DNA of 64,000 bases, taken from assembly GCA_016748015.1 (NCBI GenBank), contig JAAOMT010000295.1, positions 496,001 to 560,000 of the forward strand. Direction: 5' to 3'. Position numbers and translations under genes: made by a program. Positions within the stretch are counted from its first letter, which is position 1. The number at the start of each line of letters is the position of its first letter. Positions 38,000-51,533 of the stretch are shown here, piece by piece. The notes beneath the pieces are model-generated. The model made no database searches. It was not told where the DNA came from and saw only the letters and a program-made list of their open reading frames with translations. Source of the stretch: Geosiphon pyriformis uo1. Its lineage: Eukaryota > Fungi > Glomeromycota.

Positions 38000-40548
38000 T
38001 TACTAATAACTGTATTTGGCTTTTTTGTTAAATTTTTAGACAAAAGTTTTTCTAAATATGTCATAATAAGACCAGCAAACTATTTTGCTATTTACAATAA
38101 TTTTTTCTTTGTCTGTTTTAATATTATCCAGTGGCTTGCCATTGTTAGTAAAGATAGTATAAGCAAGTTTAGCAGTTTTTTTTTTGTTTTTTTCTTTATC
38201 ACTTTTTTTATTATTTGATTGTTTTTCTTTTGGGCTTTGTTTAGATATTGAGAGAATTGTTCAATAATAAAATTTAACTATAATAAGTTTTTTATTACAT
38301 TTAATAATTAATTTACACAGTTCATAATCAAACAAAACTTTGGTTTTCTTAAGCCACTTATTGTTAACAATGAAAATATATTCTTTAGCTTTAGAAACTT
38401 TCATGTTAGTTTCAATGCTAATGTTATTAATGTAAACAAAAACAGCTTTGGCTATATTCAGACTTTTTTTTTGTTACTATATACATTAATTATTGATTAT
38501 ATAAAAGATTTATTAATTTTTCTGCCAATTATTTTAAAGAAGTGTTTAACAATAACATTAACAGATAATTCATTGTTTAAAATCAAATTAATGAAATAAC
38601 TAGTTATTTGGGCTTTACAAATTAAAGGGGTAATATTATTATTGTTAGTAAGTTTAGCTTGACAAGAATGTTTGTTGGTTTTTAGTGTCTTTTTTTTGGG
38701 ATTAATAATTTGCAAAGATTTTTTCTAAATTGTAGATGAGTCATTAATTGGCCAAAGATAATGTAAACTAAAGTTTTTATAAGATTTTTAACAACAAAAT
38801 ATGATCCAAATTTTTGTACAATTTTTGGAGTTTCTAACTTTGGAAAATTTTTAAAAATTTTGGTTTTTGGTAGCTTATTGTTATTAGCAATAAAAGTTGA
38901 GACTTTATTGGGTTCTAAAACAAAATTAACCTTGGCTTTTTTTTTTGTGAATTTAGAAAGATTAATAACCAGTTTATTTATATTATGATCATTATTAATT
39001 AGATTAAAAGCATAAAAAAAGTTTTTTTTTGGTTGGCTTGTATTTTTACTCTTTGAAAATATGTCTATCAGTTTAAAGATTGATAACTAAGAAATCCTTT
39101 TTAAAAAAATTGATATTGGCATGATTAAATCTTTGATTAAAAACATTATTATTAATAGATTTGTTATTCTAATTGTTATTGTTTCTGGAAACTGAAAGAG
39201 ACAATAAGAGATTGTTGCAGTTTTTTGAAAAATGTTTAGTTAATTCACAATAATAACATATAGATGGGCCACAATTTTGCTGTCTTTAATAAAAAAGTTG
39301 TTGGGATTAATTAAAACAAAATTTAAATTTAGGTTTTTAAGATTGTTGATTTTTTCTAACTGTTTAGACTAAGAACTTTAATAATTAGACAAGATTGGCT
39401 GTAAGTTTATTTATCAATTGTTTATTAGAATTTTGAATTTTTTGTGTAAGTTCAATAGTCATATTTATTGTAAGATTATTTTTTAAGACCAAGAAAGACC
39501 AAAAAACATAAAATAAATCAGTTTTTAATCCTTTTGTAAAAAAATAAAACTTTTGCTCTTCTGTTTAATTTCTTCTAAAATTTATCCATTTAATTAACTT
39601 TTTTATTGTTTTAATATATTTAGTTACTATTTTTCTTGGGTTTTGGTTTTTTTTTCCAATTTTATATATCATTTAGATATTAAAATTAGAGTCCTGAATT
39701 TATTTTCAAACCAGATAATAAAAAAAGTGTTTTTTTCTTTAGCATTTGTTAATGTCTATCTGATAATTTTTTGGTAAGTACCAATATTAGTTTTTTGTGA
39801 GAACCAAGTAGTAAAAGAGTCTTATAGATAGCCACCAATAATTTGAAACTTGTAGTCAGCATCATATTGGTTGACTATGACTGCTTTTTCAAAGTTATCT
39901 AACTATTTAATTGGGTTTTAGACATTATTTCTAAATAATAATAGTGGAGTGTTGTTTTTTTGCTCTAAAACAATTTATATATCTTAAAGAATGACCAGGA
40001 TGTTTGCTTATATAAAATCAGCAGCTATTGATTTAAAAATAACTATTTGTATAGAATAGTCTGATTTATTTAAGAAGAAATTAAAAACAGAAGTAGTTTG
40101 ATAGCTTTTTTTTTCTGTTTTAAAAGATGTTTTAATTAATTAGTAGACAGCAATCCAAATGTGAATTTGGTAATTCAGATATTCAAAATTAAGAAACTGT
40201 TGTTGAAAAATTATTGAGTATAAAAGCTAATTGATATTGTTATTTTTTTCTTCAAAAATTTTTTCAAAATAAGCTTGATCAAAAAAATAGATTGTATAGA
40301 CTGTATAGGTTTTAGCTAAATACTTGTTTAAGAACCAGTTTTAAAAATCTTAAAATTGTCTACTAGATTGTTTTTTAACAGAAAAGCAAATTAAGCAAAA
40401 AGGCAAAAGATTAAGTTCAATAAAATTTAGGTCATTTCTGTTGTGTGTTACAAAATATTCTTTTGATTATTATAACAAATATGAATAATTATTCATGCAA
40501 TAAAGAATAAAATAGATTTTGACAATTTTACAGAAAGCACCATTTTTA

Positions 40549-41289
40549 TGTTATAGATTGGAGTAATAAGTTAATAAATAATAAAAAAAAACAGAATTAT
40601 AAGATAATGAAATTACAAAAAAGCAAATTAAATAAGTAAGGATTTAATATATATAATCAGTCTTATAAAAATTACAGTTGTAAATCTTTTTTGAAAATTT
40701 AAAAGTAGAAAAATAGTTTGTAATTATTAACAAAATAATAATACTACTATTATTCTATGTTTTACTTGACAATTTTTAAAATTAATAACAGATATTATTT
40801 TGTTTTTTAATTGTTTTTTTATTCAATAAATTACAAGAGCAAGCAATTACTTCTTAGGTTAATTTTTAACAATACAAATCAAGAAAAAAAAAAGATAAGA
40901 TATGTAAAAACTAACAAGTAATCTTTTATTTTAAGATGTTTAAATACTTAAAGATAAGGAAAGAAAAATAAGCAATATAAAAAAAAATAATTAATAATGG
41001 ATTTTATTTTATTACATTAATCATATTTTTCTATAACTAAGAGATTTATTACTTATATAGTTATAAAAAGTAGTTAATAATCAAGTTAATAACTAGATTA
41101 TAATCAGATTAATGATCAAATTAACAATTAAGTTATTAATTAGATCAATAATCAGATTAATAATTAGGTTAATAGTTAGATTATTAATCAGATTAATTAT
41201 TACTATTTAAAAATAAGATGACTAATTATGTAACATTAATGGCTAATATATATAATAACTAATAAAAACTATGGTTTTTAATCATAACA
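40549..41289 (-). repeat. A1 5' LTR
   Basis: Adjacent to the PBS; carries 11 units of the 12-bp U3 repeat. Confidence 0.88.
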
Positions 41290-42785
41290 ATACATTAAAT
41301 GTTAATATTTTATTTTAATTGCAATTAGTTTTTTGTAAGTTTTTTAATTTTATTTGTGTAATAATAATAATAATATTATACTAAAGACTTTTTTTTAAAG
41401 TTATAATATAATTTATTTTTTAATTCTTAATTATTGTATATATATTTATGTATTTTTTTTTAGAAGTTAATTCAAAAATTTATTTATTATAGTAAAATCT
41501 TTTTTAAGACTATTTTTGCAATTGCTTAAAATTTTTTTTTAATCTAAAAATACTGTTATAGATTGAAGTAACAAGTTAATAAATAGCAAAAGAAAACAGA
41601 ATTGTAAAATAATAGAATTAATCAAAAGGAATTCAACTTCAAAAAGTGAATTGAATAAGTAAGAATTCAATATGTGAGATCAGTCTTATAAAATATCTCA
41701 GTTACTATTCTTTTTAAAAGATAACCAGAGAATCTGAAGATAAAAAGATAGTCTATATTATTAACAAATAATAATACACTAGTACAATTTTATGTCTTAT
41801 ATTAATGTTTTTAAAATTTAATATTAAGTATTAGATATGCTTTTTAGTTATGTTTTATTCAATAATCTTCAAATGTTATAATTATATGAGTCAGAAAAGA
41901 GTAGGTAAATACCAACAAGTAATCTTTTATTCTAAAATGTTTAGATATTTAAAGATAAAAAAAGAGAAATTAGCAAGAAAAAAAGAATTAAAATAAAGTT
42001 GTTATTTTATTTTTTTTTATTTCTTTGATTTGTACATATTTTTCTAAAGCTAAAAAATTTATTGCTTATATAATTATTGAAAGTAGTTAATGACCAAGTC
42101 AATAACTAGATCAATAATTAGGTTATTGATTAAGTCAACAATCATTATTTAAAAATAAGATAATTAATTATATAATATTATTGGCTAATACATGTGATAA
42201 TTAATAAAAACTATGAGTTTTAATCATAATATTATCCTTTTCAAAGAGATTAAGCTCTGGCAAAATCAAGCTATTTATGAGATAATTTATTTAAAGAGTT
42301 TTGTTTAACTCAAAACTAACTAGTTTGTTAAAGTTTTTTGTAAATAAGGCATATAATATCTGAGATGAAATAAGTTTTGTATCTAAAAAACCAAATTTTT
42401 GTATAAGAGTTTTGGCTTTTCTTACAATGGTCAAAATTTTTGAAACATCTAACTATATAATATTCAGGATTTTTACTTGTATCTCTAAAGTTGTTTTCTT
42501 TATGAGTTTTATATTTTCTATGATTTTACTAAGACAATTATAAAGTTTTAGTTGTCTTTTATATGACAAGTTTTTATTTATGGACAAGATTTTTTTAATT
42601 GTTTTTTCAATTGTAATAGAAAATAAAAGTATTATTGCTGTTATACTTTCCAACAGATATTTATCTAATTTGCTACCAATTTTTTTTTTCTGATAGTGGG
42701 TTTTTTTGGTTTAATAACAGTATGTGTTTCATTGTTATCAGTTATGATGATTTGTTTTTCAATAGTTAAAGTAGTATTTAGATAG

Positions 42786-43666
42786 TATTACAGATGATTA
42801 TTTGGAGTATAGGAACAAATAACAAATCTGTAACTTGGTGTTCAATAGCTTAATGATAACAATAATATCTAAAAGTTTTAATAATCTAAAGGTTTTAGTG
42901 GAATCTTTTGTATAATAGACAAAAATTTAATAGTGATATTCTTTGGTAATGTTTCTAGTTTTTTTTCAACTCTTGAGTTGGTGTGCTTTGTTGTCCATTA
43001 CTTTCCAGAATATCTATATTCTGTCAATTTTTTTCTCAGCTTGATGACTGGTAATTTCCTGGTAAGCTATCTTTAATTTTAAGTGTTTATCCTTATTCTT
43101 AAGTTTTTTATCAATGCTATATCCTGATGTCAATATTCTATACATTAATTTTTTAATCAATTAGTAAATCTACAATAAAACAAAAAAAAATAAAATAAAA
43201 TAAAAGAAATAATGAAAATAATGAAAAGAGAAATAAAGAGATAAGCCAAGACAAAAAAGAGTTAGTATCCTGTCAATAGCCATGATTAAGAGCTATTAGT
43301 CTAAGGTAATTAAGTATTAGATTTTATTAATATGAAGTATTAATAATAGTAAAAATAATTAATATTCTTAATTAATTAATAATAACATGGATTTAATGAT
43401 AATGAATAATTTTATTAATAGAATAATAATTTTACTTTAAGTTATAGAAAACTATCTTTTGAAGAAAGAATATTGTTCTAAATTAATATAAATTCTATTG
43501 AATTCTCTAGCCAAAAATTCTGGAATTCTGCAATTTCTCATACAGAATCCTGTAATTTTGGAATTCTGCAATTCTTTTAAAGGAATCTTGGAATTTTTTT
43601 GTTATTATGCCTACTTCTGATTAGCTATTTTTCTAACTATAATACTCCTAATTTCTATGAGTAATA
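42786..43666 (-). repeat. Solo LTR, family C, inserted in A3 ORF3
   Basis: TSD ATAG (42782-42785, 43667-43670); homologous to 16872-17800. Confidence 0.85.
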
Positions 43667-45287
43667 ATAGTTTTTGATTCAATATTCATGAAGAGTATAA
43701 AAAGCATTTTGAATGTTTTAATCCAGGAAATAATTGTTTATATTAGTTAAAAATATTTTTGTTTTAAAAATGATGTATTTATTTATACTTGATTTTTGCT
43801 GATCAATTGGATTGGTATTATTACAATAAGTAACTAATTGGGTTGTTTATAATATTTCTTGAGTCATATATTATAAACAAAACAATTATTGAAAATTGTT
43901 TCATATTAATTTTGTAAAATATAAAAACTATTGTTTAAAACTTTGTTGACTAAAAAAGATTTTTTTTACTGGCTAAAAAACTTATTACTATAGATATTGT
44001 TTTTGTTTGAATAATATTCTAAAACTAAGTTACCAACACTTAAGGAAAGTGTTTTATAGATTTTTTTTTTAAGCTTTTTTTGAAACTGTTTTATTTTTTT
44101 AAAGATAATTATTTGCACTTCTACCAAAGAATTAAGAATAATATTAAGTTTTTTTTACAAAATGTCTTTGTAATTTTTTAAAAAATATTGTCTTAATATT
44201 AATTTCTATTAATAAAGTTGTTATTTATCTATAGAACAGATAAAAAAACTTATAACTTGTTATATTATGATTTACAATTCTATAAATAAACAAGACTAAA
44301 AACAGTACTTTGTCTTATAAGTTTTTTTTACTGGTTTTGGCTAATGTTTTATATAGTGTTCTATTGAAATATTCTATTAGGCTATTTGTTTGAAAATAGT
44401 AAAAAAAAAGTTTATAATGTATTCTCATTTTTCTACAAAGTTTTTCAATTAGTGTACTAAAAAAAACTTTTTTTCTATCAGATAAAAGTTTTTTAGAGCA
44501 GCCATAATAGCAAATAATATTTTTATAAATAAAATTGGCTATTGAGACTGCTGTTTGGTCTGAAGTGGCTTTTGCTTCTACCTATTTTATAAGATAGTCA
44601 ATAGCTGTAATAATATATTTGTTGTTATCAAGAGTTACTGTTAAAAGTTCAACAACATTTATACTAATTCTGTCAAATAATTGACCAATAAATATTGGAT
44701 GAATGTTTTTTTTGTGATTGGGTTTTCTTCTTTTTTGACAGATATTACAGGTTTTGATATACTTAGCAATGTTTTTTCTCAAGATAGGCCAATAATAGTA
44801 AGCTAAAATTTTTTGAATTGTTTTTGTTTTTTCAAAATATTCAGCTAATAAATTAGTATGTATGTTATATATTACAATTTCTCTTTTTTTAAATCTAATA
44901 ACTTTTTGAAAATAGTCAAGATCTTTTCTGTTTTTTTTGTATAACTGGTTTTGGTGGATCAAATAAAAATTTGATTGTTTGCACAAATGTTTTCTTTGCT
45001 GTCGAGTGTAGTTTGGTGAATATTGTCTTTTATTCAAAAATTCTATTAGTGCAGAATAGTTGTTTAAGTCTATTATTATGTTTGGTTAAAAGAAAGTTAT
45101 TAATAATTAGGTTGGTTTGGTTTTGTGAAAATTGTACTATCATTAGATGGTAAATCTGGAAAGAGCATCAGCATTTTAATAATTTGCTTTTTTATAATAT
45201 TGTTATGGTTGAAACTCATAATTTTTATTAGTTATTACATGTATTAGCCATTGATGTCATATAATTAACCAGTCTATTTTTAGATAG

Positions 45288-45366
45288 TGATCATTGACCT
45301 GATCATTGACCTAATCATTGACCTAGTTATTGACCTGGTCATTGACCACTTTTAATAGCTATATAA
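45288..45366 (+). promoter_or_regulatory. LTR-A U3 12-bp tandem repeat (T(G/A)ATCATTGACC)x5 followed by a TATA box
   Basis: Five units, then TATATAA at 45360-45366; AATAAA at 45414-45419. The same layout occurs in all family A LTRs. Confidence 0.65.
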
Positions 45367-45874
45367 GTAATGAGTCTTTTAGCTGTAGAAAATCATCTTT
45401 CAGACAAAAATCAAATAAATAAAAATAACAACTTTCATATCAATCACTCTCTTATCGCTAATTTCCCTTTCCCTATCTTCAAGTATCCAAACATCTTAGG
45501 ATAAAAGATTACTTGTTGGCCTTTTTCTGTTTGAATAATTGTAGTATTTGAAGACTATTTGTATAAACGTGACTGAAGAGCACAAGTTAATACCTGATAT
45601 TGAATTCTAAGAGTGCCGACATGAAGACATAGAATTAATACCAGCAGTAATCAATTGTTGACAGTACAGACTATCCCTTTACCTTCAGATTCCCCAGTTA
45701 CCTTTGAAAAGAATAGTGACTGAGATATTTTATGAGACTAATCTCACACATTGAATCCATACTCATTCAATTCGCTCTTTAAAGTTGAATTCCTCTTTGA
45801 TTATTTCTATCACCTTACAATCCTGTTCTCCCTTGCTATCCGTTAGCTTGTTACTCCAACCCATAACATAAAAG

Positions 45875-45891
45875 TGGTGCTCCCTGTGAGG
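45875..45891 (+). other. Primer binding site, probably tRNA-Ile(UAU)
   Basis: TGGTGCTCCCTGTGAGG lies 6 nt after the LTR and resembles the complement of eukaryotic tRNA-Ile(UAU) 3' ends (..CCTCAC..GGAGCACCA). Confidence 0.7.
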
Positions 45892-45920
45892 TTGTCAAAA
45901 TTCACTTATTCCCTCATTGT

Positions 45921-47471
45921 ATGAGTGATTACTCATATCTGTCACAGCAATCAGAAGAACACTTTGTAGCATACAACAGAAACGACCTAGATTTTATTGA
46001 ACTTAATCCTCTGCCCTCCTGCTTGATCTGCTTTCCCATTGAAGAACAATCCAGCAGACAATTCCAAGACTTTTGGAATTGGTTTCTGAATGAGCATTCA
46101 GCTGAAATCTACACAATTTATACAACTTATTACTTTGATCAAGCTTATTTTGAAGATAACTTTGAAGAAAAAAACAACAGTATCAATCAGCTCTTATATT
46201 CTACAACTTTTGAACAACAGCTCCCTGATTTCGAATATCTGAATCATCAAATTCACATTTGGATTGCTGCTCATCAATTAACAGTAACTCCCCTTGAAAC
46301 AGAAGAAGAAAGCTACCAAACAGCCCCTATTTTTGATCTCTTCTTAAGTGAATCAAAGCACTTCATACAAACAGTAACTCCTAAATCAATGGCCCAAGAT
46401 CCAATGCAAGTAAACATCCTGGCCGCCCTTCAAGGCATACAAACTGCTTTGGGATGAAGAAACAACACCCCACTACCCCTATTCAGAAGTGATGCCCAAG
46501 ATCCAATTGAATGGTTGGACGATTTTGAAAGAGCAGCCACTGCAAACCAGTATGATGATGAATACAAGTTCCAAATTGTTGGTGGCTACCTTTAAGGCTC
46601 CCCTGCTACCTGGTTTTTACAAGAAACAAATGCTGGTGCTCAACAAAGATTTGTTAGATGGACCCCAGCAAATATTAAAGAAAACAACATCTCTTTTACT
46701 ACCCGGTTTGAAAACAAATTCAGAACCCCCATCTTAATATCCAAATGACATATGGAATTAGAAAGAACCCAAAGTCCTGGTGAAATTGTGACTGAATATG
46801 CCAAAGCAATCAAAAAACTCATCAAGCGTGTAGACTCTGGTAGAAACTAGACTGAAGAGCAAAAGATTCACTCTTTCACAAAAGGATTGAGAACTAATTT
46901 ATCATATGCTCTTTGGCCTCTTTTGGCTTTAAAAAATAATTCCACCATGGATATGGCCATTGAACTTGCCCAAAGAATTGAAGACAATCAAAGAATGCAT
47001 TTAGGATCCACACTTTCAGTTTTTGCTCCTGCTCCTGTTATGGCTCTTACTTCTCAAATGGCTGCTACTTTTTTTGCTGTCCAGACACAAAATCCAAATA
47101 AACAATTAATAAATAGACTTACAGCAAATCTTGCTTGGCTATTAGAGCCATTAGCCCAAGCAGTCAGAGATAACCAGTAACCACAAAGACCCAGATTTGA
47201 AAACCATTTTAATCAGCCCCAGCAACCCCCTTACCAAAAACAGCAAAATTGTGGCTCTCCTGTGTATTATAGATGTGAATTAACTGAACATTTCTCCAGA
47301 GATTGCAACAATCCTCCACTGCCTCCTCCAGTTCCCAGAAACAATGACAACCAAAACAACAGACCCAACAACAACAACAATGTCCTCAATCAAAGACCCA
47401 ATCATGCCAACATCAATTTCTTTGGAGAGGATTCTCTAGTTGAAGCCACTGTTTATCAGTCTTTAAACTGA
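45921..47471 (+). pseudogene. A4 gag with long N-terminal extension and zinc knuckle
   Basis: One frame from ATG 45921 to TGA 47471. Capsid-like core (DPIEWLDDFERAA) and decayed CCHC (YYRCELTEHFSRDC). Internal stops are all transition-derived. Confidence 0.85.
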
Positions 47472-47500
47472 TAAGTGCACCTCCAAAGGGTAAGAGTGCA
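47462..47500 (+). other. -1 programmed ribosomal frameshift signal (U_UUA_AAC + stem-loop)
   Basis: The heptamer is in the correct gag phase directly before the gag stop, and the -1 frame is open into pol. A TGCAC...GTGCA stem starts 7 nt downstream. The heptamer is conserved in A1-A3. Confidence 0.75.
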
Positions 47501-50155
47501 AGCCAACCAAAAGAAAACTCCTTTTACACTTTTAACTTAACTGATGATGACCATGACATGGATGAACTAGCAATCAACACCTCAGAACCAACCAGAAAGA
47601 AGAAGAAAGCCAAGGTTGATTTCGTTCTAGACCCCAACAAAGCCTCAACTTCTGCCACTAATAACAATGAGCCACCAAAGACTAAAGTTTTTAAGAATCC
47701 TCCAAAGTTAGAACCCCCAGAAATTGTACAAAAATCTGGGCCTTATTCCATTGTCAAAGATTTCATGGAAACCCCAGCACATATTACTTTTGGCCAGTTA
47801 ATGACCCACCCACAGTTCAGAAAGGATCTTCGCAAATCCTTGATTCCAAAAAAGAAGACACCAAAAACCAACAAACGCTCTTGCCAAGCTGGACTTGCTA
47901 ACAACAGCAATGTCACCTCTCTGATTTGTAAAGCCCAAATGGCTGGATACTTCATTGATTTAATTCTGGACAGTGAATTATTTGTTAGTGTCATTGCCAA
48001 ACACTTCTTGGAAGCAATTGGTAGAAAGATTGATGAACCTTCCACCAGACCAATGATCAACATACATGATGACAAAAAGAAAAGACTGGGTATTGCCAAA
48101 GCTGTTCCTGTTCACATCAATAGAATCAGCATTGAAACTGACATAGAAGTTTCTGAAGCCAAGAAATACACCATCATTGTTGGCAATGAATGGCTCAAGA
48201 AAGCAAAAGCTTTGCTTGATTATGAACTTTGTGAATTAACCATCAGATGTGGTAAGAAACCCATTGTAGTTAAGTGTTGCCATTGGACAACTCTCCCAAT
48301 ACCCAAACAAAACCAAGAAGAAGAACAATCAAATGAATCAGATAATAAAGAGAGTAATGAAGAAAAAGAACAAGAAGAGTAAGAAAAAACTGCTAAACTC
48401 ACCTATACTATCTTCACCAGCAATGGCAAACCACTAGACAATGTTAAAGCAGACAAAGAAGGAATTATTGTAAATGACAAGCTGATTTGCTGGCCTTATT
48501 ATGATATTCTTAGAAGAACCTTTGAAAGAAAACCTGGCAAGAAAGCCAAATACAGTTTTTGGTGGCATGATTCTTATGCCCAGTATTGGTGCAACAAACC
48601 CTTATATTTTTCAAGCAATGAATGCAAATCATGCCTGATCTATTACAAAGATTGGGAACCAATCAGTTTGATATCCAGAGAAGAATTGAAAGAAGTACAG
48701 AAGTCCTTTGAGAATGAACCACTTGAGATCCAATCACTGGTTGTAGAACAAAAAGAACCCTCCCCAGAAGAAAGAAAAATAGACATTGAAAATTTGCTGG
48801 CTAGAAATAGCCCAGTTATCTCCAAAGAAAGTGATACCCCTAAACATACCTATGTGATACAACACATCATTACCACCAGAGAAACTCGACTCATCCATTT
48901 AAAGCCTTATCAATCCAATCAGCACAATAATAAGTTTATCAAAAAAGAGATAAACCAGATAAAAGAACTTGGATTCATACAAGAAACCAAGAGTAAATAG
49001 GCTTTCCCAGTTGTAGTGGTACCCAAGAAAGGTGGAACACTACGCTTCTGTGTCGACTACTACCAATTAAATGCCATTACTAAAAGAGACATATACCCAC
49101 TTCTCAAAATTGATGCAATGTTAGACCAATTCAAAGATGCTGCTTTCTTTTCAACCATTGACTTAACTGCTGGATTCTAACAAGTAGAAATGGATCCAGA
49201 AAGCAGAAAGAAAACTGCCTTCATTACCAAGTATGGTACCTATGAATTCACAGTCATGCCTTTTGGTCTCACCAATGCCCCTCCCACCTTTTAATGCTTA
49301 ATGGATAAAGTATTTGAATCAGTCAAGAAAAACTTTGTTCTAGTCTATTTGGACGATATAATGGTATACTCAAAAACCTGGAATGAACACCTGGAACATT
49401 TGCAAAAGGTTTTTGACTTCCTCAGAAATGCTGGTCTCAAGATCAACCCAATCAAATCTTTCTTTAGAAGACAATCCACCCAGTTCCTTGGTCATCTTAT
49501 CACAAAAAATGAAATCTTTCCTGACCCAGCCAAAGTTGAAAAAGTCCAAAACATCAAACAACCAATGAACATTCATGAACTACACTTTTTTCTTGGTTTG
49601 GTCTCTTATTATCGCAAATTTGTCAAGGATTTCTCCAAAATCGCCTCTCTTCTCAATCAGCTACTCAAGAAAAATGTCAATTACTATTGAGGAACACATC
49701 AGCAAAAAGTCTTTGAAACTTTAAAGGAAAAACTGGTTACAGAACCCATCCTTAAGCAACCTGATCTAGATCGACCCTTTATCCTCCACACTAATGCATC
49801 TGGCTTTGGACTTGGTGCTGTTTTCTCCCAAAAAAATGAAGATGGCAAAGAACATGCCATAGCCTATGCCAGTAGAACCCTTTCCTCAGCAGAACAGAAC
49901 TATTCAGTCACTGAACAAGAATGCTTAGCAGTAGTATAGTCTACCAGTTACTGGAGTAAGTATCTTTTTGGTGTGAAGTTTTTGGTGGTAACAGATCACC
50001 AAGCTTTGGTTTGGCTACACAACAAAAAAAGGTTAGAACACAAATGGATAACTTGCTGGATACTTCACTTGGATGAATTTGACTATGATATTTAACATCG
50101 CAAAGGAGCTAATCATCAAAACACTGACACTCTCTCCAGACTTATCATCCAGTAA
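47462..50155 (+). pseudogene. A4 pol: protease, RT, RNase H (no integrase in this frame)
   Basis: LILDS protease; [16 protein letters not shown] and VYLDDI for RT; HT(D)ASG, EQECLA and VTDH for RNase H; ends N(A)D(A)LSRLIIQ*. Confidence 0.88.
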
Positions 50156-50222
50156 CAGAACAACCATTTCAAACCAAACCAACTTAATTATTAGTAATTC
50201 CTCCTTTTTGACAAACACAATA

Positions 50223-51533
50223 ATAGACTTGGACAACTACTCTGCCTTAATGAAATTTTTGGGTAAAGAACAATACTCACTGAAATACACACGACAACAA
50301 AGAGAACATTTGTGTAAACAATTAAATTTCTATTTGATTTGCTAAAACCAACTTTATAAAAGAAATAGAAAAAATCCTGACCGCCCCCAGAGAGTCATCA
50401 GATTTGAAGAAAGAGAAATTGTGATTTACAATATGCACACTGATTTATTAGCTAGACACTTTGAAAAAACAAAAACAATTCAGAAAACTTTAGCTCGCTA
50501 TTATTGGCCTACCTTGGGAAAAAACATTGCTGAATACATCAAAACCTGTGATATCTGCCAAAAAAAAGAAAAACCCAATTGCAAAGAAGATATCTATCCA
50601 ATCTCTGTTGGTCAACTCTTTAACAGAATTGGTATAAATATTGTTGGATCTTTAACAATAACTCCTAATGGCAACAGATATATTATTACAGCTACTGACT
50701 ATTTTACAAAGTGGGTAGAAGCAAGAGCCACCTCAGACCAAACAGCAGTCTCAATAGCCAATTTCATTTATAAAGATATTATCTGCCATTATGGCTGTTT
50801 CAAAGAACTTTTATCTAATAAAGAAAGAGCTTTTTTCAATACACTGGTTGAAGAACTTTGCAGAAAAATGGGAATACATTATAAACTTTCCTCTCCTTAT
50901 TACCTCCAAACAAATGGCCTAGTAGAATATTTCAATAGAATATTATGTGAAACCCTAGTCAAAACCAGTAAAGAAACAAACTTATGGGACAAAGTACTGC
51001 CTTCAGTCTTGTTTGCCTATAGAACTGTGAATCATGACATAACAAGTTATGAACTCTTTTATCTACTCTATGAACGAATGGCAATCCTATCAATTGAAAC
51101 TGACATTAAGACAATACCCTTTGAACAAATAACAATAGGAAATTACAAAGACATTTTGCAAAGAAGACTTAGTACCATTCTTGACTCATTAGTAGAAGCA
51201 TAGATAATTGCCTTTGAAAAGATAAAACAATTCCAAGAGAAGCTTAAGAAAAAGAAAACATATAAAACACTTTCCTTAAGTGTTGGTGACTTAGTTTTAG
51301 AATACCATTCAGACAAAGACAATGTTTATGGTGATAAATTCTCTAGCCAGTGGAAAGGACCCTTTATAGTCAACAAAGTTTTGAACAATGGTTCTTATAT
51401 CTTACAAGATCAATATAGAACAATCTTCAATAATTGCTTTGTTCATGGCACATGACTCAAGAAATATCACAAACGGCCTGATTGGTTATCTGTTGTGATA
51501 ATACTGACCCAAATAATCAAAAATCAAATATAA
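50223..51533 (+). pseudogene. A4 integrase in a separate frame
   Basis: H..H/YYW/CDIC zinc finger, DYFTKWVEA, QTNGLVE and WKGPF. The catalytic Asps are decayed to Asn; no chromodomain. Confidence 0.88.

Larger units (their letters stand above)
7896..41289 (-). mobile_element. Ty3/Gypsy element A1 (family A), full-length but decayed; hosts B1 and A2
   Basis: LTRs 7896-8545 and 40549-41289; PBS 40526-40542; TSD GTAT (7892-7895)/ATAC (41290-41293) from GTAC. Internal sequence resumes exactly at 28826 and 38004. Part of RT is deleted near 30015. Confidence 0.9.
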
